Positions 1 to 11,819 of a DNA stretch of 64,000 nt are shown piece after piece. Each line of letters begins with the position of its first letter. Position 1 is the stretch's first letter. This stretch comes from Anthoceros angustus. Its lineage: Eukaryota > Plantae > Anthocerotophyta. The notes under the pieces were generated by a model, which saw only the letters and a list, made by a program, of their open reading frames with translations, searched no databases and was not told the DNA's origin. A program made the translations under genes and the position numbers. The stretch spans positions 496,001 through 560,000 of the forward strand of contig MU008173.1 in assembly GCA_010909165.1 (NCBI GenBank). The letters run 5' to 3'.

Positions 1-82
1 ATTTCCCCTCACACTCTCACAATCCCTCCGCACTCATCTACCTTAGAACCTTTCTCTTCTAATGAACTCTCCCTCTCCTCAC

Positions 83-166
83 GGGCCACACAGACCCCTC
101 CTTGGGCCACACAGACCCCTCCTTGGGCCACACAGACCCCTCCTTGGGCCACACAGACCCCTCCTT
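83..166. repeat. 21-bp minisatellite x4 in LTR
   Basis: GGGCCACACAGACCCCTCCTT four times; a length-variable version lies at ~12342-12411 in the other LTR. Confidence 0.95.
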
Positions 167-949
167 GGAATGAACACACAGTGGCGGCGGTTGGGAAGGA
201 TCGGGAAAACCGGTCAGTGCTTGGGCGATTCGCCTTCCGGCAGTTCCGCCTCGGCCTTCCGCGGCAATTCCTACCTCTTTTCGTGGCGCTCGTCACCCAG
301 TGGAGCTTGGCCACTCCTCTCGACCATCCGAGGATCTTCCGGCCTTCTTGTGTGAGAAGGCGGTGCATCGAGCAGTTTGATCTTGATCGTCTCCAATCAA
401 CCTCGCGCATAGCTTCAACACGGAAGTTCACACACGAAATGTCATTGAGAGACTCTCAAGGGTCTCTTATACATTCATTGTGGTCCACACTCCTCTAGTG
501 TCTAGAAAATATGGCCCACTACGGCGCTCTTCAATCTGACTCGGGGTCCTCAAAACATCCTATCCCCTACCCCAAAAAGCCTCGGCCTATGACTCTCCTC
601 TCATAGCGGCCCTCGCGATTCTTTGCCTAGCCCTCCATGGGGTTCCGACTCGCTCTCACCTTGCGCCTCGATCCGGCGATTCTCCCCAAAACCTCCACCT
701 CATCACTGCTGCAGTTTCTTGCGCCTTCCATGGGCGTCGTTGTCTATAGGCCCTAGGCACATATTCCGCTCCTCATCATTTGGACACCGTGTGCTCCTCC
801 CTCCGCCACAGCTTGGCTCATTTCCTCGATCACCACTTGGGGTAGGCCCCGCTCCCGTTCGGAAGAACCAGCAGTGGCAGTGGCGTCAAGATGACCAAAT
901 GGTTTACGCCCCCTCCCTCTCCTCCGTGGACAATCACAGTGCCTTGGGA

Positions 950-2790
950 TTCGAGGATCTTCCTCCCTGCCCACTCTTGGCGGTGACTTCCCCACCTCGG
1001 TTCCTCCTTCCACGGCGGTGGCGGTTTAGCCACCGTGGTGGTAGTTTCCCCAGTGGTGGGCTCTGCGGTTCTTTGTGCTCTGCCCTTCTTGGTTTGGCCA
1101 CCTCTCTCTTGACTCGGCCCTAGCTTCATCTCTCTCGCTTGTATCTCATGACTTCTTGAATTTCTCCAAGGCGCCATTGTTTCCATTTGTTCCACAGGCT
1201 CGAGACCTCATCTTGAAGCTCTTCAATTGTGGCATCGCCCCTTGACTGATTACTAAGGCCTCTGTTGGGTGGACATGGCCTTTGCTCATGCCTTGCATAG
1301 GGCCGCCTCGCATTCCGTCTGCGCTCCTCGCCACCTTGTTCTCGCCTTCGGGCTCTCCAACTTCTCCTTGAGCAACTTCTCACACTCACTCGGTGAGCCA
1401 TGGCACAGTCGAGGAGCTGCTTCGCGAGCCATGGCGAAGTCAAATTCCAAATTGTGTCCCTTGCCCATTCCCTTCCACAACAATTCGCCGCGGTGTCACT
1501 CCTCCACCCGGTAGGTTCGGTGAAATGTCGCCAAAATGTTAGCTCGGACTTGAAACTAACCCCTCTTCTTCTAGGGGTTGGTTTGCCTCTCCTCATCCGC
1601 TCCAATCTCTAGCGGCGACTCCTCCTCGCGAGAGGCACAACTTGTCGCTTCCTTTATTTTCTCCTCCTTCACCTGCTCGCCGCCGACTGGTGACCCTAGG
1701 TGTGGGTTCCTCCGCCGCTGGCCGCCTTCCCTTCGCCGACCCCTGCTCACCGCCGCCTCCGCTTCTTGCCCTTGGAAACCTCCCCACCTTCATCCGAATC
1801 TTCTAGGATTCCCAATCCGGAATCCTTCCCAATCCTCCTTACACTCCTCCTCCTCTACCTTGAGTTCCCCGACCGGCCATGAAGGGACATGCCCAACTCC
1901 GTTAGACACGAATGCGCGAACACATGAATTAGAAAAGGTGAAATCAAGGAGGGCCGAGGGAAGGGAGAGCAAATTCGCCTCTCCTCATGTGCTCTTTCAA
2001 AGATCATCCGCCCCCAATCGATTTGTGTACCTTTAACCACCTCATGAAGAAAGACCAGAAGTGGTCCGCCATATGATCCAACTTCCTCAGAAACACAAAA
2101 TCCATTTGGCTAATCCCACCACGCAGACACGAGTTGGCGAGTCACCCATCCATTGTTCACTCTCACTTCCCCAGCTTCATGAGCCTACCGTCTGTTCTCT
2201 TTCTGGGGTCAATCACCAAGCTTCCATCCTCCGATGCTTCGCCCATACATCGCTCGAAAGAGTCCCAAATCCCGCTTTGCGGCCTCTTCCTCGCGTCTCC
2301 CTCTTGCAACTTGGTTCTCAATTGCGGGCGCACTCTTGCACCAATCTTTGTCGTAACACCATTTCTTCTCCATAAATTCCAGACCCAGCTCCCGCACCAG
2401 CCGCTCACCTTCCAAAGGTCCATGTTGGGCCACCGTGGATTTCTACCGGGCGCCATCTCCTTCTCCTTGTTCTTCAAAAGAACCCTACCCCGCAGATCCG
2501 GAAAGGAACACCACCGGCCTCCTCCGCTTCGCTCCGCCTTGCCTCGCCTCCTCCTCCTCCTCCTCCTCCTCCTCCTTCTCCTTGAGCAACTTTTCCGCTG
2601 CGCCCGATCGACGCGCTCGTCCAACCCGCTTGAACAGAGGCTCCGCGGCGTGCGCCCTTTCTCCGACGCCCGGCCGACTCTGCCGGTGGGTGTCTCTCGC
2701 TTGCCCCGACTGACTGCAGCCCCTCCGCCACTAGGGTTGTAAACTCCCTCGTCTCAGACGCCCTGCTCCACCGTGGTGGAACTGCTACCA
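950..2790 (-). pseudogene. Frameshifted accessory ORF inside the LTR (further copies ~13200-15200 and ~15400-17190)
   Basis: The same peptides recur in different frames in the three copies: AQHGPLEGERLVRELGLEFME, RDLGLFRA(M/V)YGR, VFLHEVVKGTQIDWGRMIFERAHEE, LISPFLIHVFAH, then coiled-coil-like EKLLKEKLE and IEELQDEVSSLWNKWKQW. Boundaries approximate. Confidence 0.55.
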
Positions 2791-3056
2791 CCCGCTTGAC
2801 ATCGCAATGTGTGTAGCATCCCTAACATATATAGACACTTTCTTATTTCTAAAATCACCAAAACCCAAGGACTCTATCTACCTACCTATCCGGGTCAAAA
2901 CCTAAGGTTCAAAAAAAATTATTATCCCAAGGGCCAAGGACCATTCTCGTATAAAAGACCTTACCAGCGATTCTCAAAGCACTGCTATACAAACACTCAA
3001 AACAAAAAATCGCTCATCCCGACACTTGAGAGGGTTAGAGTATGTGGTCTTCCACA

Positions 3057-3067
3057 TACTCCTTCTC
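3057..3067 (-). promoter_or_regulatory. Polypurine tract
   Basis: Minus strand GAGAAGGAGTA immediately before the LTR start TGTGGAA. Confidence 0.7.
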
Positions 3068-3088
3068 ATTTGTTGGCGCCTCGCCAAC

Positions 3089-5080
3089 TTATTGGTAATA
3101 TTTTTTTTAACCCGCCAACCGTTGACTCTAGTTGGCGGGCGATCCATTCAACTGGAGTTGAATTGATCCGTTGTCGAAAACCTCAAAACTCAAGGGGCCC
3201 CATCCACCTTGAGATGTAATTTACGGAAAATGCATGTATCGGTTATCATACAATAGAGCCAGTCCCTGGAACAACATACTCTTGGCGCGCTTATCATGCC
3301 ATTCCTTCCTTCTCTGAACATCCCGCATAACTTGAGGGCTTGTTCTCCTCTCCGTGTGTCGATTTAAACCCACCAACCTTTTCCAATGGCTTTCCTCCAC
3401 CGGCATTCGACTTGGTTTCAGATTCGAGGGTGGAAACTCTATTGGCATGACGTGAGTGTCCATAGTAAGATAATACGGGTTTGTGCGTTGTCACCTTTTC
3501 CGCGGTACGCCCAGTCAATGCCCATATCCTACCATATGCATAACCGATGTGAGTTTGGTTAGGATCTTGCACAACAAGCCATTTGCCTTTTTTGACCCAT
3601 TGGCTTTGGGTTATAGGAGTGGTCTTCCGTGATCGACATTGAAGTGGTTGGTCATGTTGAGATTACCCGATTGATTTAAATGCTTCTCAACGACTACCCA
3701 ATGGGCAGCCATATCTAGTGATGATTTGCTCAACAGAATGCCACCACGCGCCGAATCCACGGCGCTGCGCTTCTACCATCCGTGCAGAATGTGGCTACCA
3801 GATGTATTGGTTTTGGCGGGTCTTGGTTTTAATGGATGGGCGACAAAATCGATTCCCCATTTCTCGAATGGTGCGGTGCAAGTATGGGGACAAGGGGCCA
3901 TTGGGTTGTTGTTGGCTTGCCGACCCTTTGGCAAGCCACAACCACCTTGGCATCCTTGTACATTGTAGGCCACCAATAGCCGCCTCCAAAATTTTCTGCA
4001 GTGACATGCGGCATAATGACCTCCGCTCTTCTTCGTGTAAAGAGCTCAGACTGCTCCGCCAGCTGCACTCCATAACCGCCTCGCCATCCGGACCTACTCG
4101 GTATAAGTTCATGTGTGCCGTATAATGGTCTTGAGTAGTGGACAACGCTGTCTTTAAAGATGGAGGAATTTGGCCCGTGCCAAGATAATCATAAATCTCC
4201 GATATGTTGGTCAACCTCTCCAATGGCTTTCCTCCACCGGCATTCGACTTGTTTCGTACTCGAGGTGGGCAACTCTATTGGCATGACGGTGAGTGTCCAT
4301 ATGTAAGGTAATACGGGTCTGCTGTGTTGTCACCTTTTCCCCGGTATGCCCAAAGTCTTGAATGCGATTTCATATCGATCATATGCATAATGACGTGAGC
4401 TTGGTTAATCTTGCACAACAAGCCATTTGCCTTTTCCGCCCATTGGCTTTGGGTTATAGGAGTGGTCTTCCGTGATCGACATTGAAGTGATGGTCATATT
4501 AGAGATTACCCGATTGACGAAATGTGTTCCTCTATCACCAGCTCAATGGGCAGCCATATCTAGTGATGATTTGCTCAAAACAGAACTCGCCACCACGTTC
4601 GCGAATCTACCGGCGGCTGCGCCTCCACCATCCGTCTTGTGGCTACCGAATGTCTTGGTTTTGGCGGGTCTTGGTTTTGTGGATGGGCCGAAAATCGATC
4701 CCCATTTCTCGAATGGTGCGGTGCAAGTATGGGAACAAGGGGCCATTGGGTTGTGGCGGTTGGCTTGCCGACCCTTTGGCAAGGCGCTAATTCCTTGGCA
4801 TCCTTGTACATGGTAGGCCACCAATAGCCGCCTCAAAATTTTCCTGCAAGTGACATGCATAATGGCCCCCGCTTCTCCCTCGTGTAATGAGCTCGATTGC
4901 TTGCCGCTGCGCACTCCATAACCGCCTCCCGCCATCGGACCTACTCGGTATAAGTTCTGTGCCGTATAAGTGGTCTTGAGTAGTGGACGAGCCTGCTTTT
5001 TGTCTTTGGAAGATGTGAAGGGATTTGACCTGCCAAGATAATCATAAATCTCGATATGTTGGTCTTGGAACCTCTCCTCC
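3089..5080 (-). pseudogene. Retrotransposon integrase, tandemly duplicated (~3381-4218 and ~4219-5070)
   Basis: GYWWPTMYKDAK...CQRVGKP zinc-finger end, APFEKWGIDF, IITRYGCP, VMPIEF, C-terminal VNGWRVKKYYQ-stop (~3089); many frameshifts. Confidence 0.85.
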
Positions 5081-5089
5081 CTTCTCAAT

Positions 5090-7010
5090 CGATGCCGGCT
5101 CCTCCTTCCGAACTGGCTTCACCGCTTGGTTTGCAAAAAACAATGTCTCATCGGGAAAATCATCTTCTGGTTTTTCCACCTTCCTGCTTTCAATCGAGAT
5201 ATGAAGCCATTGATATGCTTCCCCTCTCTCGCTTCCACCGTGAAGGTAAACTCAAGCAAGATCCAGGCTATCCGTCCCGAAAGGTCGTTTATTCACAAGG
5301 TGTTTCAAGGCAAAGTGGTCAACATGGAACACAAATTCATATGAGAGGAGGTAGTGTCTCAATTTCGACCGAGTAAACCATTCCCAAGGCTTGGCCTCCG
5401 TGGTGGTATACTGCCCGGTCTGCTAGTTGTCTCGGCATAGTAGATCGGAAATCCTTCTTCTTCTCATCCTACCGCTAAGGACCCACCAATTGCAAATGTC
5501 AAACATCAACGAAAACGTTTCTTACTCCCCGTCCTCTTAGCGTGGGCGCCAGAGCTGTGCGCGAAGTCGAATGCTTCCTCCGTTCCATCGTCCATTCCCA
5601 CGATCCTTCCTCAACAAGCTCGTTAGTGGGGCAGCCCGCATAAATTTGGAAACGCCTATAATTCCGACCATTCCTGTGAACCCGCTGGAGTTCCTTTAGC
5701 GTTGAAGGTGCTCTAAGGGTGGCGATGACCTTTACCTTGTCCGGATCGACCTCGCTTGAAAATTCGATGCCCAATGTAATCCCTTCCGACATGCCAAAGT
5801 AGCACTTTTACGGATGCGAGCATAATTGCGTGGGCTCGACACGCCCACACTCCGAGGTGCGACAAATGGTCCTTGACAGCCCCAACACGAAGTCGCCAGA
5901 AAACTTCCATAAAGTCGCTAAGGAAGTCCTTGAAAATTTTGACGATGGTTCGCATGAAGGACCCCCTGCAAGTAAGCCAGGCGTATGTCCCCATCGGTTG
6001 TAAAAGCGGTCGAGGCCAATCGCTCTCCCTAAGGTGCGGTGATTATACCCAGTAGTACCCATCTAGGAATGAATACACCATTCGCCTGCGACTGATCCAG
6101 GATATTATCGATGAAGGGTAACGGAAGTGATCCTTCTTGGTGACCTTATTCAACCTTCTCCATCCCGATCGATTGCTTGCCGCCTCTTAGGTACTACCAC
6201 TATTGGAGCCACCCATTCGGTATTGACTATAGGATAGATCACATCCGCCTTGAGGTACATCTCCAATCGATCCTTTACCTTGAGGGAGTACTTGGATTTA
6301 ACTTGTCTTGTGGAATCCTTCGGATTGCTCCGGTTCCGTGTCAATCCTATGTTCACCCATTCTTTGGGATCCCTTCATGTCATTTCAAGGCGAAAACATC
6401 GATGAATTCCGCAAGCTGTTTCATTCCTTCCTCCAACGCCGCATCCATTGTTCTTGAGAATTTGAGCACCTTCACGGAAGAACCTCAACATCCTTGACTT
6501 CATCACCACTCCACTCAAGGCCCACCGGTGCGGTGATTATACCAGTACCCATCTAGGAATGAATACGCCATCACACTGCGACGGATCTAGGATATTATCG
6601 ATGAAGGGGCAGCGGAAGTGATCCTTCTTGGTGACCTTATTCAACCTTCTCCGATCTGACAAACCGGTTTGCCGGTCTCTTAGGTACTACCACTATTGGA
6701 GCCACCCATTCGGTATTGACTATAGGATAGATCACATCCTTGAGTACATCTCAAGCGATCCTTGAGAGTACTTGGTTAACTTGTCTTGTGGAATCCTTCT
6801 GGGATTGCTCACGGTTCCAGTCAATCCTATATTCCATTCTTTGGGATCCCTTCATGTCGGTTACCTCGGCGAACATCGATGAATTACGCAGCGGTTGCTT
6901 CATGCCTTCCTCAACGCCGCATCCATTGTTCGGAGAATTTGAGCACCTTCACGGAAGAACCTCAACATCCTTGACTTCATCTGTACCACTCGCTCCCGTG
7001 CGGTGCTAAC
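5090..7010 (-). pseudogene. Reverse transcriptase and RNase H, frameshifted (RT N-part duplicated ~6035-6527 and ~6528-7005)
   Basis: YPIVNTEWVAPIVVVPK, FLDGY-like motif, DPDKVKVIATLRAPSTLKELQ...YRRF, and LSGRIAWILLEF-like connection motif on the minus strand. Confidence 0.82.
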
Positions 7011-7419
7011 CCTTCTTCGCTCCCGCTCCTCTCTCATGCCCCATTCCCTAAACAAATCCTCCGACGCGAATAACGCCTCCTCCTTATCCGCCGCTCCTGC
7101 TCCCTCCTTCCGTTCCAGCATCCATGGTTACCTGCAATGCATTGATGGGAATATCTCATAGTCCTGCCCTCATCGACCATGAGATGTGTGCGAACGGAAC
7201 TTCTTGTTCCATCTCCGACGTGTCCTCCGCCGAGGTGTACCTTCCGCTTCGCTTGGAGTTTCACCAACATACATGTCCTTACTCCACGATAGGCACATCC
7301 TCCTCCTTGGTCTTGGGATCCCATTCCAACGGTTTAAAACCGACTTCCTTTCTTCCCCATTTGAGTGCATTGAGATCCGTACATCCATGTTCGCCACCAA
7401 TTAGACGCTATACCGGCGA

Positions 7420-7800
7420 TTTTGCCGGATGACTACATAATCCATCAAGTAGGGATGGTTCCAATGGTCGTTAGCACCCCTGTGGGCCTCCCACCGCACC
7501 ATTCTCGACATGTCGCCAGCAAAACCTTGGTAGTATGTTCAATATCCAAGCCCAATTTCCTAGCCGTTTCTCCTAATATTTACACCGACCCGTGTCGAGA
7601 GGCCCCTTTATGATGACATCCCGAAATCCACTGAGTTCGGCTGGGCCTTGATCCACCATGGATACTAAGTTCATGCAAGTGGTCCTGGGTATAGGAACAT
7701 TGCTCTTTTGGGTTGCGCCTCTTTTAATGCCCTCGATCTGCTGCCTATACTGGATTGTCTCGAGGAGTTGTCCGAATGTGATCATGAAATGTTGGTCCAT
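7420..7800 (-). pseudogene. Retropepsin aspartic protease remnant
   Basis: VIIKGPLDTG, then by frameshift GVN...ARKLGLDI, giving the D-T-G active-site motif. Confidence 0.65.
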
Positions 7801-10450
7801 GATGGCCTCAAGAAAAGGAACACCTCAGCCTCCGCCATCCAGTTTACGTTGGTTGTAGATGCCTGGCTTGTGGCTTCCGTGGGGTGGTGGACTCCCACAG
7901 GGTGGTGGAAATCGCCACCACCGCCTTCTCGCCCGCCTCCTCCCATCATATCCATAACCTCTCCGTGGAAACCCTAACTCTTTTTCGCCGAATTCCTCTA
8001 GCTTGTAAAGTGTCTTCAATTATGTCCATTCACTTTTCCGCTTTGAATTTGCACCTCGTCCATTGGAACACTCAGACGTCTCACAGACCTTCCTGCCCCA
8101 TTGGTCCATCCGCCAAGTCCGCGCCTGGGTCCGCCCAACGCTCCGGGTTTCCGCCTCGCTGGTGCCGACACTCCCTCATCCGATCCCGTGGTCGATCCGC
8201 CTCCTTTCTTCTTTTTCCCCACGCCTCTTTTAATGCCCTCGATCATTGCCTATACTGGATTGTCTCGGAGGAGTTGTCCGAATGTGATCATGAAATGTTG
8301 GTCCATGATGGCCTCAAGAAAAGGAACACCTCAGCCTCCGCCATCCAGTTTACGTTGGTTGTAGATGCCTGGCTTGTGGCTTCCGTGGGGTGGTGGACTC
8401 CCACAGGGTGGTGGAAATCGCCACCACCGCCTTCTCGCCCGCCTCCTCCCCATCATATCCATAACCTCTCCGTGGAAACCCTAACTCTTTTTCGCCGAAT
8501 TCCTCTAGCTTGTAAAGTGTCTTCAATTATGTCCATTCACTTTCCGCTTTGAATTTTGCACCTCGTCCATTGGAACACTCAGACGTCTCACAGACCTTCC
8601 TGCCCATTGGTCCATCCGCCAAGTCCGCGCCTGGGTCCGCCCAACGCTCCGGGTTTCCGCCTCGCTGGTGCCGACACTCCCTCATCCGATCCCGTGGTCG
8701 ATCCGCCTCCTTTCTTCTTTTTCCCCACGCCTCTTTTAATGCCCTCGATCATTGCCTATACTGGATTGTCTCGGAGGAGTTGTCCGAATGTGATCATGAA
8801 ATGTTGGTCCATGATGGCCTCGGCGAGATTGAAAGCCTCGCCATCCGAGTTTGGTTGGTTGGGGGTTCAACTCGTTGACTTGAGTGCGGTGGCCTTCCGG
8901 TGGGGTGGTGGACTCCCACAGGGTGGTGGAAATCGACACCCGCCTTTTCCCACCTTCTCCCCATTCTTCTTGTATCATATCCATAACCTCTTCGTCGTCG
9001 GTGGAAACCCTAACCCATCTTTTCACCTTTCGGAATCGGTAGCTTGTAAAGTGTCTTCAATTATGTCATTCTTTTCCACCTTTGAATTTTGCACTCGTCC
9101 ATTGGAACACTCTTTCACATATGGTCCTCATCCCCTGGTTGTCCACTTGTTTTTGGTCGTTCCACCTCAGCGGGTGATTTGTATTCCTCGTGGCGACACT
9201 CTCCCTCATCCGATCCCGTGGTCGTATCCACCTCCTTTCTTCTTTTTCCCCACGCCTCTTCTCCTTGCTTTTGTGCTCCTTGTTCTATGACCATGGCGGC
9301 TTCCCCATAATAATCACTATCCGTGGCATCTAAACCTCCAAGCTCCTTAGGGTTCCAATCTCGGCATCCTCCCATACCGCCAACGCCCTCAACATGCATG
9401 GCGGACCGGACTTGGTTTGGCCACCGAACCCCCTCACGGTGTGCGCGATCCTCACTGTTTCGGGTTTTGGCAGCTTCCGCCAAATGCCCTGCCGCTGTAA
9501 TCTTGACATAGTTTATCAAAATCTCCATTGCCTTGACGAGTTGGATAAGGGCAGCGCATAGTGTCCAAGGTTATAGCACAAGGCGGTGCCCATTGGATTG
9601 TTACCCCCCGTTAACCCCCACGTGGAATGAGTTGGAGGGTACATGGTCTTGGGTACACTTGGGTTGATCTGATCTGTATCTTCCACCGGACCTCTTCCGT
9701 GACGTCCGTGGAAACCCTAACTCTTTTTCGAGAATTCTGGGTAGCTTGTAAAGTGTCTTCAATTATGTCCATTCACCTTCCGCCCGCTTTGAATTTTGCA
9801 CTCGTCCATTGGAACATCACTCGTTTCCTCCTCATCGATGGCCTTCCTCCTCCGAGGAACTTTCTTCTTTTTCCACCTCAACGCCGGTTGCAAATTTGGT
9901 ATTTCCGCCAGCCGACACTCCCTCATCCGATCCCGTGGTCGATCCGCCTCCTTTCTTCTTTTTCCCCACGCCTCTTCTCCTTGCTTTTGTGCTCCTTGTT
10001 CTACCCATGGCGGCTTCCTCCCATAATAATCGCTTCCGTGGCATCTAATCCCTCCAAGCTCCTTAGGGTTCCAATCTCGGCATCCTCCCATACCGCCATC
10101 AACGTCTCAACATGCATGGCGGACAACCTGCTTGGCGCCGATCAACTCCGCTACGGTGGTCGCGATCCTCACGGTTTTTTCGGGTTTTGGCAGAGCACGC
10201 CCGCCAAATGCCCTCGCTGCAATCTTGACATAGTTTATCAAAATCTCCATTGCCTTGACGAGTTGGATAAGGGCACTGTATGCATAGTGTCCAAGGTTGC
10301 AGTAGCACAAGGCGGTGCCCATTGGATTGTTACCCGCCCACCGTTACGAACGCCTACCCCGTGGAATTACGAAGTTGGAGGGATACATGGTAGGTACACT
10401 TGGGTTGACGAATTTGGTATGTATCCTCCATGGAGTATCTTCCTCTTCCT
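7650..10450. repeat. Four imperfect tandem units (~500-700 bp) in the gag-protease linker
   Basis: Anchor TGTCTTCAATTATGTC at 8011, 8518, 9052 and 9754. Confidence 0.85.
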
Positions 10451-11717
10451 CCTCATATCCCAAAGCAGTGCACTCTTGTACAATTAGCTTTGGAGTGTCC
10501 CCGCCGCCCACACGCTGAATGTAAGAGGTTGGCTCGTGGATTCGTGATGCCGCCTCTCTCATGTTCCTTGACCGCATTAAGATGGAATTTCAATTTTGCC
10601 ATCATCTCCTCCATCTTGTTCCCTGTTGTTCTACTTTCTTGGCTGCCACCTCGCCTCCCTCCTCTTGTTCCGCTGGCCCTTTCGCACATCATCGCCTGCT
10701 TTTGCCCTTGCCTCCTTGTTGTCCTGCACGACCCTTCATTTTCTTTTTCCATTTGGCGCTCCTCATCCGATGACGCCTCCGAATCCACTGCTTCCTCCTC
10801 CGAGGAACTTTCTGTGGAATCTTCCGTGGAGCTCTTCACCGATGAACTTTCTTCCGAGGAGGATGAGGATCCTTCTTTTTTCCTCCCCGGCTTCTTCTTC
10901 TCCTTCTTAGCCTTCCTCCTCCCTTGCGGGTTGGATTCCTCATAGTTTAGCGCCGCCTTGATAGCCTTGCCCAAATTCTTCTCCGCTTGTAACCTTACGT
11001 GTCTCCCCATCTTAGAACCTGTGCCTTTAGCGAACCACCAGGTTCGCAACTCCGAGTGAGGGCCACTGATCACAGTTGTGAAACCTCTCCACATACGCGC
11101 AAGGTTCCTTCTTTCCTCTCGCATTTTTCAAGCTTGGACAACACGTATCCCTCCACGTCAAGCCCCCGAACCTCTCATGTTTTAACTCTTCATAGGTTCT
11201 TTGGAGGTGTGGTGACTTGAGGTATTCGCCTATACCACTAGGACCTCAAGAACTCCATAGAATAACACGCCTGCATCTCCCGCCTCGGTTTGCAAATGTC
11301 ACCGCTCAAAACGCTCAACAAATTCATCGGTCTTCATACCCTTCCCTCCATATGTAAGGTTACAGGTGACCACCACCTGGTGGTGGTCATGACTATCGCT
11401 GTCGATTCACCGTGGTTGGTCCAACAACGGTTCCTCGGAGTCGATTGATCTCCAGCCGCACACTTTTGGAAGAGAGGTCTGATGGAATTGGTCCGAGGTT
11501 CCTTGGTGGTACCGCCAAGTCCAGAGGTTGGGGATCTTGCTCCAACAAGATCGGACCCCGTCCCCGGTTGCTTCCTTACCTCCCTTCTCCTCCAACGCGC
11601 CTTCCTACGGATCCTCCTCAACTCGCGGTTTGCAACCCTTTTCAACCTTTCCAAAGGCTTGGCGTTGTCGCTTCTCTTGTGGCCTTCCGTCCCGACTTGA
11701 CTCAACCTCCGACTCAA
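10100..11717 (-). pseudogene. gag with zinc knuckle(s), frameshifted
   Basis: ACGRRGHSKANC knuckle in ORF 10453-11124; second partial knuckle CNLGHYAY near 10290; Ser/Glu-rich linker. Confidence 0.7.
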
Positions 11718-11800
11718 CCCGTGGCATCCATCTACCTAACTAGATACACTCCAAAACTAGACACCTAAGCTATGGTTAGTCCCCTATAACCTTGATGTAG

Positions 11801-11816
11801 CCATTCCAAAGCGCCA
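11801..11816 (-). promoter_or_regulatory. Primer-binding site (TGGCGC..., not tRNA-Met type)
   Basis: Minus strand reads LTR end CA, then TTT, then TGGCGCTTTGGAATGG. Priming tRNA not identified. Confidence 0.65.
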
Positions 11817-11819
11817 AAA

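Larger units (their letters stand above)
1..3056 (-). repeat. 3' LTR (partial)
   Basis: Ends in TTCCACA (3050-3056), i.e. minus-strand TGTGGAA start, directly after the PPT; homologous to 12245-17464. Confidence 0.8.
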
